A stretch of DNA of 64,000 nucleotides from Octopus vulgaris. Taxonomy: Eukaryota. The notes under the pieces are model-generated. The model did no database searches and was not told the origin of the DNA. It saw only the letters and a program-made list of their open reading frames with translations. The stretch covers positions 29,884,001-29,948,000 of the forward strand of contig OX597827.1 of NCBI GenBank assembly GCA_951406725.2, written 5' to 3'. Shown piece after piece: positions 27,888-40,429 of the stretch. The translations under genes and the position numbers were made by a program. Within the stretch, counting starts at the first letter, position 1; each line of letters starts with the position of its first letter.

Positions 27888-30145
27888 GTTTTTGATGAGA
27901 ATAAATGTAATCTATTCAAACTAAAGTTTTTTTAATACATGATTTAATAATAACTGTAGATGCAAGAATAAAATTGCATATGTACGTGACAATTTTTTAC
28001 AGTTTGTGATTTTATTGTAAATAAATCTGAACATGAGTATTTTCATTTCATTAATTAAATGCTGTTTTTTTTTTTGCGTAAGACAATTAAATTATTGCAC
28101 AGGGGCTCCTCGAGCCAGTGGAATGTTTCCTTGGGGTTCCGCTCCAGCAAAAAGGTTGAAAAGTACTGCACTAACCAGTCGGTCATGTGTAGCAGAAACA
28201 GAATCAACTCTACGTCAAAGTGCGTATTCAGGCATCTGTTTCAGTCGCTTTTCACTGGTTTTTATTTGATTTACTTTCCCGTCTTTTTCTCTGCTGTCGT
28301 GCCTTTGCTGCTAAATATTCTTTTTCAGTCGCATATTTTCTGGACGCCCCATGTTAAATTGCAAAATTCTAATGTGATATTTGTTTAATAACGAAACAAA
28401 ACTTGGAGTGTGTGTGTGTGTGTTCATTTTACAGAGACAGTACGTGTGTTTACATTAAAGAGACAGTGTGAGTTTGTGTTTACATTAGAGAGACAGTGTG
28501 TGTGTAAGAGAGAGAGAGAGAACATTACAAACAATGAATGAAATAAAGATGAAATGAAAAAAATCTTATACTGAATATTTAAATTTGTGAACTTGAAATA
28601 TTCAATAATAAAAGGTAGTTCAAAAAGTAAATTTTCCTGAAAACTTCATTTCACAAAAAAATCTCACTTGCTTAGTAAATATTTCTTTCGCTAATTTATC
28701 GTAGTTGTAATATATCTCTAATTTAAACAAACTTCAAGGTAACCCAACTACATTTAGCGTGCTTGAAATAGCATGTGTGTACGTGACTATAATTTTCCCT
28801 CGCATGGATGAGCGGTGTTGTTGTCTTCAATGAGGTTATCAGGTCAGACATTTGTTTTCCATCGCACTACTCGCGTATTAGTACACGCTCAACCACTGCG
28901 AAAAATAGAGAGATTGTAGCAAAATCCTTACGAACTTTGCGGCTTATGGAATGAATAATAGGCATGAAAAATACTAATAACAATAAGCAACTTTGCATAA
29001 ATGGGGTTGAATAAAGAGGAAATTATTAAAGGCACAAAGTTCGAAAGGTTTTAGTCACTGCTTCACATCTCTACCATACTTGAATGAATATAGACTCTTA
29101 CTGTACTTAATCCTTGGAGAAATTTTATTGAATTTAAACCTGAGAACGCTCGTTTGACATTTCTGAGTTGTTCGTTACCAAGAAAATCTACATGGACATT
29201 TTTTTTTCGGTAGAAATGCCAGAAGCGATCAAAATATGCCACAAACATGGTTAATTAGAAATTTTCGTTGAAAAATAGGGCTTTGTGTAAAGAAATGGTA
29301 TCACAAACTTCAAAGACATTGTTTAATCATGGAATACTAAAGACGTTCACATTGGCAGTTTAGTTGTGGTACAAAGGCCATTATTGACGGAAAATGTGTC
29401 AATAATTGTTACAAAAAAGCATGGATTTTGGTTATTTTCCTTGACAAACAGAGTTTTATCCATCACAAATGCACTCATAATACACCTTGTAACTTGCTGA
29501 ATTTTTTGACACCGAAAACACAAAAATTGGCAACGTAGATTAGAAGGAAGTCCAAATATTGCCCGAAAATTACCTCAAAGTTGGGCAACCCAACATCGTT
29601 TTCGAGATTATTTTTGTAGTAAAAAAAGAGTTGTGCAAAAGACATACTTCATTTGGAATCCGAAAGATTACTGAATCTTTTGATACCTCATACATCAAAA
29701 TCGGCAACTCAGTTTTCAGATCCATAAAACATACACACACACAACTCTCTTATATATATATACAGATTAAAATCTACTCCGCAGTGACTCCAAGAATATT
29801 TAAATTTGTGAAAAACCTGTAGTTCAAATATTCAATAAACTTCAGAGATTGAAATTACGAGAAATTTCTTGGAACATGAATTTATTAAAAAAAATTCCCA
29901 GACGGCCAAGCCTTTAATAATTGCTTTCTTTTAATAACTGTTACATACCAAGTTAATAAGCAGCTTTCTCCATGATTATATATATATATATATATATGAT
30001 TGTATACTTCTTAGTATATTGTGTCTTGCACCATGTGTTTCGCGTTAAGTCGTGCATTACAGATAGGATCTTATTGAGCTTGATTTTATTGTCAATAAAT
30101 AATGTCGGATGGTCAACAAATAATGTTGCAATATTTTCCCATCTT

Positions 30146-30805
30146 AGGCAGCGAGCTGGTAGAAACTTTAGCACGCCGGGCGAAATGTTTAGCGGAATTT
30201 CGTCTGCCGCTACGTTCTGAGTTCAAATTCCGCCGGGGTCGACTTGGCCTTTCATCCTTTCGGGGTCGATAAATTAAGTACCAGTTACGCACTGGAGTCC
30301 ATGTAATCGACTCAATACCTTTGTCTGTCCTTGTTTGTCCCCTCTGAGTTTGGCCCCTTGTAGGTAATAAAGAAATAAGAAACATTAGCACGCCCTGCGA
30401 AATGCTTAGCATATTTCGCCTGTCTTGACGTTCTTAGTTCAAATTCCGCTGAGGTCGACTTTACCTTTCATCCTTTCGGAGTCGAAAAATTAAGTACCAG
30501 TTGCGTACTGGAGTCGATCTAATTGACTGACTCCCTTCCCCAAAATTTCCGGCCTTTTGTCTAGAGTAGAAAAGAATGTAGTAGAAGGCGGCGAGCTGGT
30601 AGAATCATTAGCAAGAGCCGGACAAAATGCTTAGCGGCAGCATTTTGTCTGTGTTTACATTCTGAGTTCAAATTCTGCCGACCTCGACTTTCGTCCTTTC
30701 GAAGCCGAGAAAATAATTACTAGTAGAGGACTGGAGTCGATGTAATTCGCTTAAACGCCCCCACCACCACCAGAATTGCTAGCCTTGTGTCAATATTTGA
30801 GACCA
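30146..30805 (+). mobile_element. Three consecutive copies of the tRNA-like SINE
   Basis: Repeated GAGTTCAAATTC..GTCGACTT..CCTTTC cores; the first copy ends in the Tx1-like tail. Confidence 0.8.
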
Positions 30806-31714
30806 ATATGCTACAGTAGCACTTCTTGCAGGAAATGGAAAATGAATGAAATTGTAGAGACTAAACAATAATCCCCCACAAAAATGGAGAAATTCAGAGA
30901 CTATTTTCATTAATTTTTTGTTTGTTTTTTTTTTTGCTCTTACGTGCAAAAAACACCAGTTCTGTCTGTTTAATTTATAAGGAACATTTAACGGATACAG
31001 TGCTTGCTAATTTAAACAGGACACCATACTGAAAATACATTTTATGTAGAGTTTGTTTTTATTTTTGCATTACTCCTAAATTTTCCGAGAGTGCAAAAGG
31101 CATTTTATGGTCAGGTTGATCTTGAGCGCTACAGGTAGCATGTAACCCAGTACAACCTGTCGCATGGTCGGGTCATCGGTGAGTAAATTGGCAACCCAAT
31201 CAAGCTTGCTTGGTGAGGAGGGTGATTGTTGGACACCCTACGGAACGAAAAATAAGACCCATCAAAAGGGTGGAAGAACTACTGTGTAGTCAACGGCCAA
31301 TTCAACAAGTACCTTGTCGCGGTGAAGTGCCTGTGTGCTCCATTGACCCGGAGAGCTTTGCTGGTGGGAAAGAAATCTTCAGGCAAGTCTTACCAGGCCA
31401 GACAGGTCGAAAGGTAGGAGTGTGACAAAACCGTAACGACAATATATCGAAGCATCAGCAGCAGGGCGTGGATTTAGTTATCGGCAGAACCTAACAGATC
31501 ATATTCCTGGCTTTGAACTAGCAGGATGTCATGCAGAGGATCTTGAATACAAGACAATGGATGAGATCCTAATATTCCTAGTTAGATGGAAACTACGGGA
31601 CCACATTCAGAAGCGCCCTGTGACTCCTATAGTATGCGCAACCGAAACCCCTAAACAAGGGTGTCCTGTGGGACAACCTAGATAAGATGAGATGTAAAGG
31701 TATTTTCTTTTTTT

Positions 31715-32460
31715 AATATAGCTGATTCAATAATCTATCATATGAGAACTCTTATTCAACTATAAATGTTATGCTTGATAAACAACTTGTGTTACTTGCG
31801 ACAGACAGAATCACAGAAATTATTCAGTCAAAGATTGTGCAGATGAAACAAAATATAATTCCAGTGTCAAATGTTTCGATTCGTAAACGAATTGCAGAAA
31901 TTTGCAATAGCCAATATGTGCACCTTCTTGAAAGAAATATAAGTTTTAAATCTGCGATTCGAACACGGTTCAACAATTGCTGTTGGTTAGATGTTAGTTT
32001 GAAAGCACGAAGATTTACTGTTTTATCGATAATCAGATAACCGTACAACTAAAGACGTTTTCTTCAAAGTGGACCTTCTTTAGAGGAATAGAACAACTGT
32101 GTTGGTGTTTGTGCAGCAAAGACGGGGCAAAATGTAAGGGTTTCAAACTGAAGTTAAATCTGAAAGCATTGTATTATGCAACACTATTCATTCATTGCGT
32201 GATTCATCAAACGTCTTTAGTAGTTAGGTAATTTTCTTGAGAGTAAAGTGTGGTAATATAAGATGCGATTAAAATTATGAACTTCATTAAAAGTCACACA
32301 TCGACTGTCAACTCAAGATATCCAACTTAAGTAAACTTTTATCGTATGCAGAAGTGCGTTGGCTGTCGAAGGGAAGAACCTTGACACGAACTATAAATTT
32401 TAAAAAACGCGGTAATCTAGATTTATTTTAATCAGAAGAGAGATGATATTGTAGAAGTCT
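31715..32460 (+). pseudogene. Highly degraded second hAT transposase remnant
   Basis: IHCVIHQ near 32188 and EVRWLSKGRTL near 32351. Confidence 0.6.
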
Positions 32461-33490
32461 TTATAAATTATGCAATATGCCAGACATTTGAAGTTAAGCT
32501 TTCATAAACGAGTATGATCTGGCAGCTGGCACCATGCTTTCTATAATTCTTATAGCTGCTAATATAGCCATGAGCAAGGATGGAACACCCTCTCTTGGCT
32601 CAGTAGAACATTGGGGTTTGTGGCTGCTGGAAGGAGAGAGGAGAGCAGCGACAACCGGTACTCATGTCCGTTGAGTTGACAGAATCTATGTGAAACGAAG
32701 TAGCTTGAACAACGACACAACGTGCCACCAGGTCCGAGAATCGAACCTACTATTTTACGATCGTAAGGCCAACATCCTAACCACTAGTCCACGCACCTTG
32801 CGGAACTCATTAATTATAAGGATTCTCTGAAAGAAGAGAACACAAATATTCACGAGTTAGTAAATATCCAGATCAATGCTGCATCCCTCTGCATTCTAAG
32901 TTCACATCCCATGTAGGCTGATGTGACCTTTTATCCTTCTGGTTACGATAAAATAACTCATCAGTGTAATAGTGAGATGCATTTAATCCAACACACACAC
33001 AATCACACACACAAACACACACACACACACAGAGAGATTGTAGGCATAAATGTGTGTGTCCTTGTATCCAAATTAAAAAAGGCGTCGATAAAATGGAAAG
33101 TGAGTCGGTTATTGGGTGTTTCTTTAATCGCATATAGCCCTGCCCACGGACTTTGAGTATAAATTAGAAATTTTTACTATTATTCTCATCATAATCACCG
33201 TCGTTGGGTGTGTCCTGCCGCAATGGTTCTGTGAAAGTTTTCTTTGTGTAAGCGAATTTATTAATTGTAAGCTTCCCAAACAACTCGTAAAAGAAAGAAA
33301 ACCACTGCGGTTTCATCGAAAAGGTGTTTAACGAGCATGAAACAAGTCACTCTACCCGACACACGTCCTTCATAAAATAGTTTTTTTTTTCTTTCTGGCG
33401 TTAGATTTCGTTAAAATTTCTTGTTTATGCTGTTGTTGTTGCTAATGTTGTTTAGTTTTGGGTCACTCCTGAACAAACAGACGCATGAAA

Positions 33491-34665
33491 GCAGTTTCGC
33501 ACCTCTCCTTGAAAAATGCATTTTCTTGAAAAAAATTATTTCGGATTCCTACGTTTAAGATCTCGGAGATTACGAATATGCGAAAATTGTAATTTGTTTG
33601 TTTAACGTAGTTTGATTTTTCGAATTTTAACCAATCCTATGCTCTCTTTTGAGCTAAAATCATTTGTTGTCTAAAACTGAGACAACATCCTGTAACTAAC
33701 CCTAAACCTCAACCCTAACCCTAAATTTTGTTTTTTCTTAATTGTTAAATTAATTTAATTGTTACGCGTGTAAAAAAAACTAAAGCAATGGAATTAAATT
33801 AATTTAACAATTAAGAAAAAAAATTAGGGTTAGGGTTAGGGGGAGGTTTAGGGTTAGTTACAAGATGTTGTCTCGGTTTTAGACGCAGCAAATGATTTTA
33901 GTTGAATGGAGGTAATCGATTGGTTAAAATTGCCGAAATGCTCGGATTTTCAGACGAAATATCTTACAAACTATAGAATTTTCTCAATAAAACCAAGAGA
34001 AAATGATGTTTTATAAACACATTCTACCAGTATACGAAGTTTAAAAGTGTTTAGTTAACTAGAAATTGTGTTGACATCTGCCGTTCAAAAGGAAAAGATC
34101 CGATTTCGAATATGCAAGAAACCAGGTTTTCAAAATTTTAAATTCAATAAGCATATAGATAGGTGTATGAAGAGATAGTTAGATATGAATGTCTTCCTGG
34201 GGCTAAAAACAACAGTAACGCCGTCTTCTATACGACCGCCACATTTAATTGACAAATATATTTTTTTGAATATACGGACAAGGATAAATAGATAGACAAA
34301 TAAATAAATGGATGAAAAAGTTCAAAATTTAAAATTGAGGGAAGGGGTGACATTTGAGCTCTTTATTAAACTTTATAACATTAATTATTAAACATTAATG
34401 TTTGTTTCTCATAAAATGGTGTCTAATTCTTATTTACACAAGTAAAACGCAAATTCTCTTCAGTTTAATGTTTTTGTCTGGATTTAATTTCGATTTGCAT
34501 ATGCTCGTCAATTCGCTACGATCTTTTTCAAGTTAACAAAATCAAAAATTTTTAATGGGGAGGGGGGCTAAATTACATATTCGTAATCTCCGACATCTAA
34601 AACGTAGGAATCCGAAAAAAATTTTTTAAAAAAACTGCATTTTTCAAGGAGAGGTGCGAAACTGC
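33491..34665. mobile_element. MITE-like element with ~90-bp terminal inverted repeats
   Basis: GCAGTTTCGCACCTCTCCTTGAAAAATGCA...TTACGAATATG at 33491-33580 is inverted at 34573-34665; TSD not evident. Confidence 0.75.
33625..33931. repeat. Imperfect palindrome with CCCTAA/TTAGGG repeats
   Basis: Arms about 33625-33760 and 33792-33931. Confidence 0.75.
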
Positions 34666-34744
34666 ATTAGCTCCGAAAGGCGTTATCTGCCATGACCATC
34701 CCGTCTTTCATTCAGAGATATTGTATCTAGGAATTGTTTGTTCC

Positions 34745-35020
34745 TTCTCAAGCAATGCCTGGCTCATAATGGGCCGGTTTCCCGGTTTCATTGGCGTATA
34801 GGTTCCCCACCTAGATGAGACGCCGGTCCATCAAAGGTGAGCTGCTAGATGCAGGAAGAAAGACTGAGAGAAAGTTGGGGCGAACGAGTCAGCAGAAGTG
34901 TGCCATTACCTTCTGCTGGAGCAGTGTGGAGCTTAGGTATTTCTTTCATAAACACACACATCACCCAGTCTGAAATTCGAACCCGCGATCCCTCTAACCA
35001 CTAGGCCATGTGCTTCCACG
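34745..35020 (-). mobile_element. tRNA-derived SINE, degraded
   Basis: Head matches 53350-53495; A-box-like TGGCCTAGTGG and B-box-like GGTTCGAA on the minus strand. Confidence 0.65.
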
Positions 35021-36374
35021 TATCTAGGAATACATTATACGATTTGTCCTGCTATTTACAAAAGAACAAGGGAGGCTTATGAAATATGTTGCTGTTGTTT
35101 CTAGAGGTTCCAGCGACCATGTAGAAACACGTTTATTGTCAAACTTTGTATTCTTTGATAAATGGTCACGAGCGTAGAGAACAACGAGAAATAAAACAGT
35201 GACGTACATAGTCATTCGTAATATATTCTGGCAGATTCGAACGTGAATCACTGCTGTATACCGTCGTCGGAGAACAACTTCTCCTTTCAGATGATGTGTA
35301 TTCATTACACACTCAATTGATTCAGGTAGGCGGACTAAAAGACACTACAGGGTTTCGAGATAGTTGTGTCTTCTCAGTCAAAGCTATTCTTAGATCAATG
35401 AATATAAACAAGAATCGTGAATCTTGTTTATAGAATTCAGTAAATTAATTATTTACTGATGTCTGCTGATGTCTACAAAGCCGTGAATAGATAGTCAATA
35501 CACGATAAACAGCGAAAATCGAAACAATTATGTACCTGTCCATTGGTAATACGTTCCGTAAAATTCGAACCTGAATATGCTAATCGCTGCTGTATTCTTT
35601 GTTTAATATATTTGAAATTAAGACCAACATTTTGCCTACAAAATACCTCGTGTTGGTCGTATTCATTCAAAACTAAATTAACATCGAGGCCACGTGTACC
35701 TGGGCTCTCAACCGGCCAGAAATAACAGCGAGTTTCTAATTATCAATCACTGCTGACTTAAAAAAACAACAACGACACATTATTAAGGAATGTGATCATA
35801 AATAAGCCGAAAGTGAGGTGACTTTATAACTAAAATATTTTTGATAATAGGTTCGTTGAAAAGATGCCTCGCGTCTAAACAAGAGCAATAATAGCGCATG
35901 AACAAAGGCAAGAATTAAAGGTTCCACCCAACACAATCGTGATTTACTGAAAAATAAGAGATTAATAGAAAATGCGACAATCCTAAGAAAAGCGAATACC
36001 GAGAAATATTGTTGCGGACGTGAGAAAATGCTTTGTATCGTTTTACAAGAAAAAAGCTCGTAACAGTTATTAATTATTGTTATTTTTAATGTACAAACAT
36101 GAGGGGGTTTATTTAACGCTGATTTAGAGTGTAATTATATATATTTTAGAGTTTGGATTATACTCTGTAATTACTCAGTGTTTCGCGGATATTGCACGTT
36201 ATAATAATAATTTGTTATAATTTCTGAAGAATATGTAAAATACATACAGCGTAGCTCAAAAGTAGGTTTACAGTTATTCAACTATTTCTTTCATATATTA
36301 ACTGTTTACGTTATTTACATTTGACGAATATTTGTCCTCATCTTGTTTGTTGTTACAACTTTTGGGCAATAAAG

Positions 36375-36410
<36 letters not shown>

Positions 36411-37109
36411 GTGTGTGTGCGTGTAGATTGATAGGTAGACAGAGAGGGATGGATATATATAGATAGATATGCGTATAGCTCTGTATAATAATTGAATGGA
36501 CACCTGTTACATCCGTCTGCGTTCTATTTTTCAATCCCACGAATGTAGACCGTGCTTCACAGTATTGCCGATTCTATAAAATAAAGTACAAATTGAATAT
36601 CGGCAGTCGATTTGATCGGAAATACTTCCTTATCTAGTCGAACCTGTGTGACCTTGTGCTGACGTCAGACATTTCATATTGTTTTTCACCATCCACACCG
36701 TTGTTAGTGTTTCTAATGACAATTCTTTATAAGTGAACTCGTTGATTATACGCCAATTGTCCAAAACAAGTTCTTTTGAGAAGTGACGCCACGCTGCGGG
36801 TTCCGCTCGAGAGGGTGTCGTTCAGTGGACGGGAAATAACCACCTGTCTGTTTTATTATTTGTTTTATTATTACCCACAAGGGGCCAACAAAGAGGGGAC
36901 AATACAACCTGATGTGGGGTCAGATTCTCGGATGGGGTTACAAAAGGATGAGTTTAAAAATTCCAAAAATTCACAAAAAATGCAAAAATTATAAATTCGA
37001 ATGAAAAAACAGACCGGAAGACATTACAGGTGGAGTGGGGGCGGGTTCAGCTCGGACCCCACGAGCCCCGCCTCACCACTGATACTTTTGGTTTCGTTCT
37101 GATTTACAT

Positions 37110-39947
37110 TTATGTGGTGTCATTCATTCTCAACTTCCGTGCTACATCCTTCCATCGTTCTTCATACACTCTTTTAGTCAGGCATTTTCTCTCCAGCCCT
37201 ATCTTCCTTTTCAGGTGGTAGATGAAGTAATTCATCAATCCAGGGCCGGATATGAACTTGCCTGACCGTATACCTTTCATTCTCGTCTTCCATATCACCT
37301 CTTTCGCAATTGCTACCACAACGAGAAAACAATTCTTACCTTCTTTCGCGAGGAAATCTGGTGGGTCAATTTTTTTAATACACTCAGTCGACAGCTGTAC
37401 TCTTCGTGTGCTTGACAACAGCTGTTCGGCATAAACCCACACCTCAGACACGACCGAACAATGAACAATAGCGTGCGGGACGGTTTCCCTATCCCGCCCG
37501 CATCTTGGACACATCGGACTGTCTTGGCCACCGTGCCTTGCGAGTTTATCCCGAACAGGTAGAGCTCCTCTGTAGCATTGCCATGCCAGAGACTTCTGGA
37601 AGTTGTCCAGTGTCTTCGGCTCGAACGTACGTCGGAACAGACTGGCCAGCTGATTATCGTCGAGACCCAGGGTTTCCCCCAAGGTGTCTTCACATTTCGC
37701 CTCTACCAACCCTCTATAGAAGAATGTGGTGGAACCCCCACCGCAGGCGTTGCCCGAGCGACGGAATAGCAGGAGAGCCTTGCGACACTCCGTATACCAT
37801 GTGCCCAGTTTCGATCTACGATTCAACCAGGTTTCCCATCCACCGAAACTAGTGAACTTGGGAAACATCCGTTCTGCTAGCGAAGACCACACCCGTTCAC
37901 CATCCAGGTAGAGCCACAGATGTCTTAACCTCAGCGCATGTTTGCGCATCAACAGCCAAGGCATCCCTAGCCCACCCTTTAACGGTTGTTGACAGCAAGT
38001 AGAGCGTTTCACAAGTGGTTTCCCGCCCTTCCACAGGAAGTAGAAGAGCTGTCTTTCCAACTTGGTCAACCACGAATCAGGGCATGGAACGACGGAAAGG
38101 CGGTAGGTGATAACCGATGCGATAAACACATTGGCCACCTCCGCCCTCCCTTTCAAGGATAGCCACCGCCAAGACCAGGTCTTGGCTACTGCAGCCACCT
38201 TGCTCGTTACCTCGCCCCAATTCTTCTCTATTTGGAGGTCTGGACCGAACCAGACCCCTAGCAGTTTAATCGGACCCTCCGTCCAACGTCCCACGACGCT
38301 GTCAGGAGGCATCGACTTGCCTCTCCAGGTGCCGAGTTGCAAGCCGACTGACTTTTCGCGATTAACTTTTGCTCCTGTCACCGTCTCGTAATCCTCTATG
38401 GCCTTGCCTACTTTACATAGGTGGTCCATTTCGGTCACGATGATGGTGATGTCGTCCGCGTACGCTGACACTGATTTTCCATTACCTGGCTGTCTCGGGA
38501 TGCCGCTCAGTTTTCGCAGTAATGGCTCAAGAGCCATTACGTACAAAAGCGGGGAGAGCGGACACCCTTGACGAACCGAGCGTTTGATTTTGAACGGCTT
38601 CGACAAGAAGCCGTTCACCCGAACTACCGAGTCGATGTTGTCGTAAATTTGGATAATCCACCTGAGGAAGCCAAGGCTCAGCCCGAACTGTGCCAGGGCA
38701 GACACCAGGTAACGATGGTCGACCCTATCAAAAGCTTTGGATTGGTCTAAATGGACCAGTGCCCCACCCTTGCCAGAATCACTATTAAACCCCTCTATAG
38801 TGTACCGCATTAGATGGAGATTATCCTGAATGGTTCTGCCCGGAACGGCACATGTCTGTGCCTCCCCGATCAGACCATCCGCGACACGCGCCAATCTTTT
38901 CGATAACACTTTGGCCAAAATCTTCAACTCTGTGTTTAGCAGAGTGATGGGCCTGAAATTATCAATGCACTCCCCCTTGCTCGAGTCCTTTCTGACGAGA
39001 GTCACCACTCCCCGGCGCACAGATCTGGGTATAAGCCCGTTCTGCTGCCAGTTCGCATAGACCTCCGCCAGTAGGTGCCCGAACAAGTCTGGCATACTCT
39101 TATATAACTCGTAGGGTAGACCATCCAAACCCGGCGCCTTGCCCGCGCCGCAGTCCGCCATTGCCTCCACCACCTCCTCAGGCGTGATTGGCCCTTCACA
39201 GCCCTCCGCATCTCGCCCCGATAAGTGCGGCAGCCCGTCGAGTAGGTCCGTAAAGGCCCTCCTCCTATCCAGCCCGCCGCACTCACCGAAAAGCTGAGCG
39301 AAGTGCTCCTGAAAGGCCTCACACATCTCCTCGGGTTCGTCTATCAACTCACCTTGTTGGTTCTTCAAAGATCGAATCGTGGCATCGTTGCCATTCCGGG
39401 CTTCCACCACTCGGGCCCATCTCACGGCGTTGATTCCCTCACATCCCATATGACGGATTCTAGCCCTGACAATGCAGCCCATGTGTTTGGCCTCGAGGTG
39501 CTGGTTTAACACCAGTCTCTTGGCCGCCACCTGAGCCTCAGAGTCAGTTTTCATGGCTTCCTCTAATTCCTTAACTAGAGTAGTTTCCCTTCTAGCCTCT
39601 CTAGACACTACTCCTATGCTATATCTAATAGACTCAAACTTGATGGCTCGTTTGAGGGCGTACCACCATTTGTTATTAATGATGGCACCAGACAGCGCCC
39701 TCTGAATTATGGTCCTAATCCGGTCTCTGTACTCCTTAATCGCCAAAAGGGACGTATTAAGTTTCCAGTAACCGGATCCTCTATTTCTAACCTTATCTAT
39801 GTCAAGCTTACAAGTGACCATTTTATGATCACTGTAGCTGATCGGGTAAAACTGTGGACACTTAGCTATTTTACTGTCTACCTTTCTAATTAGAATTCTA
39901 TCTATGTATGACCTGGAAGATCCGTCGCTGTTTGACCATGTCCACAA
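37110..39947 (-). CDS. Tx1/L1 ORF2: C-terminal part of APE endonuclease, RT and C-terminal Cys/His finger (5'-truncated, otherwise open)
   Basis: SYIDRIL, YSDHK, GYWKLN, KAPGLDG, NFRPITLLN, LDQSKAFDRV, RQGCPLSP, AYADD, CPRC..ETVPHAIVHC. Confidence 0.93.
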   Translation of the reverse strand: MWTWSNSDGSSRSYIDRILIRKVDSKIAKCPQFYPISYSDHKMVTCKLDIDKVRNRGSGYWKLNTSLLAIKEYRDRIRTIIQRALSGAIINNKWWYALKRAIKFESIRYSIGVVSREARRETTLVKELEEAMKTDSEAQVAAKRLVLNQHLEAKHMGCIVRARIRHMGCEGINAVRWARVVEARNGNDATIRSLKNQQGELIDEPEEMCEAFQEHFAQLFGECGGLDRRRAFTDLLDGLPHLSGRDAEGCEGPITPEEVVEAMADCGAGKAPGLDGLPYELYKSMPDLFGHLLAEVYANWQQNGLIPRSVRRGVVTLVRKDSSKGECIDNFRPITLLNTELKILAKVLSKRLARVADGLIGEAQTCAVPGRTIQDNLHLMRYTIEGFNSDSGKGGALVHLDQSKAFDRVDHRYLVSALAQFGLSLGFLRWIIQIYDNIDSVVRVNGFLSKPFKIKRSVRQGCPLSPLLYVMALEPLLRKLSGIPRQPGNGKSVSAYADDITIIVTEMDHLCKVGKAIEDYETVTGAKVNREKSVGLQLGTWRGKSMPPDSVVGRWTEGPIKLLGVWFGPDLQIEKNWGEVTSKVAAVAKTWSWRWLSLKGRAEVANVFIASVITYRLSVVPCPDSWLTKLERQLFYFLWKGGKPLVKRSTCCQQPLKGGLGMPWLLMRKHALRLRHLWLYLDGERVWSSLAERMFPKFTSFGGWETWLNRRSKLGTWYTECRKALLLFRRSGNACGGGSTTFFYRGLVEAKCEDTLGETLGLDDNQLASLFRRTFEPKTLDNFQKSLAWQCYRGALPVRDKLARHGGQDSPMCPRCGRDRETVPHAIVHCSVVSEVWVYAEQLLSSTRRVQLSTECIKKIDPPDFLAKEGKNCFLVVVAIAKEVIWKTRMKGIRSGKFISGPGLMNYFIYHLKRKIGLERKCLTKRVYEERWKDVARKLRMNDTT

Positions 39948-40290
39948 TGGAGGAGGAGGGATTATGGCAGGGCCAGATTATCACAATGGCAATACAAGCG
40001 GAGGCCCAGACACTGGAGGAAATACCAGAGGTGCTGAGGCTCGATGAGGAGGAGAGAGTACTGGTATTTGTAGAAGGAAGAAAACCGAGGTGCTTCGGCT
40101 GCGGAAAAAAGGGACACGTAAGAGCGGAGTGTCAACCTAAACCGCAGGTAGAAGCACCGTCGGAAAAAGAAGAAGCGGAGAAGAAAAAGAAAACAGAGGA
40201 AACCAAAGAGGTGGAAAAATCTGCAAGTGGTGCAGAAAAGGAAAAAGAAAACGAAAAAGAGGAGGGGTGGTCTAAAGTTACCCAAAAAAA
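39948..40290 (+). pseudogene. Inverted Tx1 ORF1 (gag-like) fragment with CCHC zinc knuckle
   Basis: EGRKPRCFGCGKKGHVRAEC, lying inside the TSD pair. Confidence 0.85.
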
Positions 40291-40429
40291 GGAAATAACC
40301 ACCTGTCGCAGATGCACACCTACCGCAAAATATTGATCCTTAAATATTATTAATAGTGGTTACAAATTATTAATGGTTACAAATTTTACCACAAAGGCAG
40401 CCATTTATGGGAGTGGATAAGTCAATTAG

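Larger units (their letters stand above)
25204..28168 (+). mobile_element. hAT DNA transposon, Buster/Charlie type
   Basis: TIRs CAGTGGTTTCCAACC and (reverse complement) CAGTACTTTTCAACC; 8-bp TSD CCCTAACC (25196) / CACTAACC (28169) with central TA; subterminal GGGGTTCCGC motifs. Confidence 0.93.
24566..29767 (-). mobile_element. Old deleted Helitron with RepHel N-terminal Zn-finger remnant, host to the hAT insertion
   Basis: ORF 24751-25014 has CSYCKAYRWAVE..CCFKGMVKL, resembling the Helitron CxxC..E..CC..G motif; TC-TATA-rich start near 29767; degenerate hairpin/CTAG-like end near 24566; internal duplication at 24694 and 28662. Confidence 0.55.
36849..40290 (-). mobile_element. Tx1/L1-clade LINE with 5' inversion and 17-bp TSD
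   Basis: GGAAATAACCACCTGTC at 36832-36848 and 40291-40307; ORF2 on the minus strand, ORF1 fragment on the plus strand. Confidence 0.92.

Noticed and set aside
31130-31690. GC-balanced segment sharing AAAGGGTGGA(A/G)GAACTA..AGTCAACGGCCA with 23820-24090 (-), possibly a LINE 5' UTR with an HDV-like ribozyme
   Set aside because: I could not fit a nested double pseudoknot or link it to an ORF by eye; left unassigned
33690-33860. Interstitial telomere fusion site
   Set aside because: Few repeats, wrong orientation for a fusion, and embedded in a palindromic repeat element
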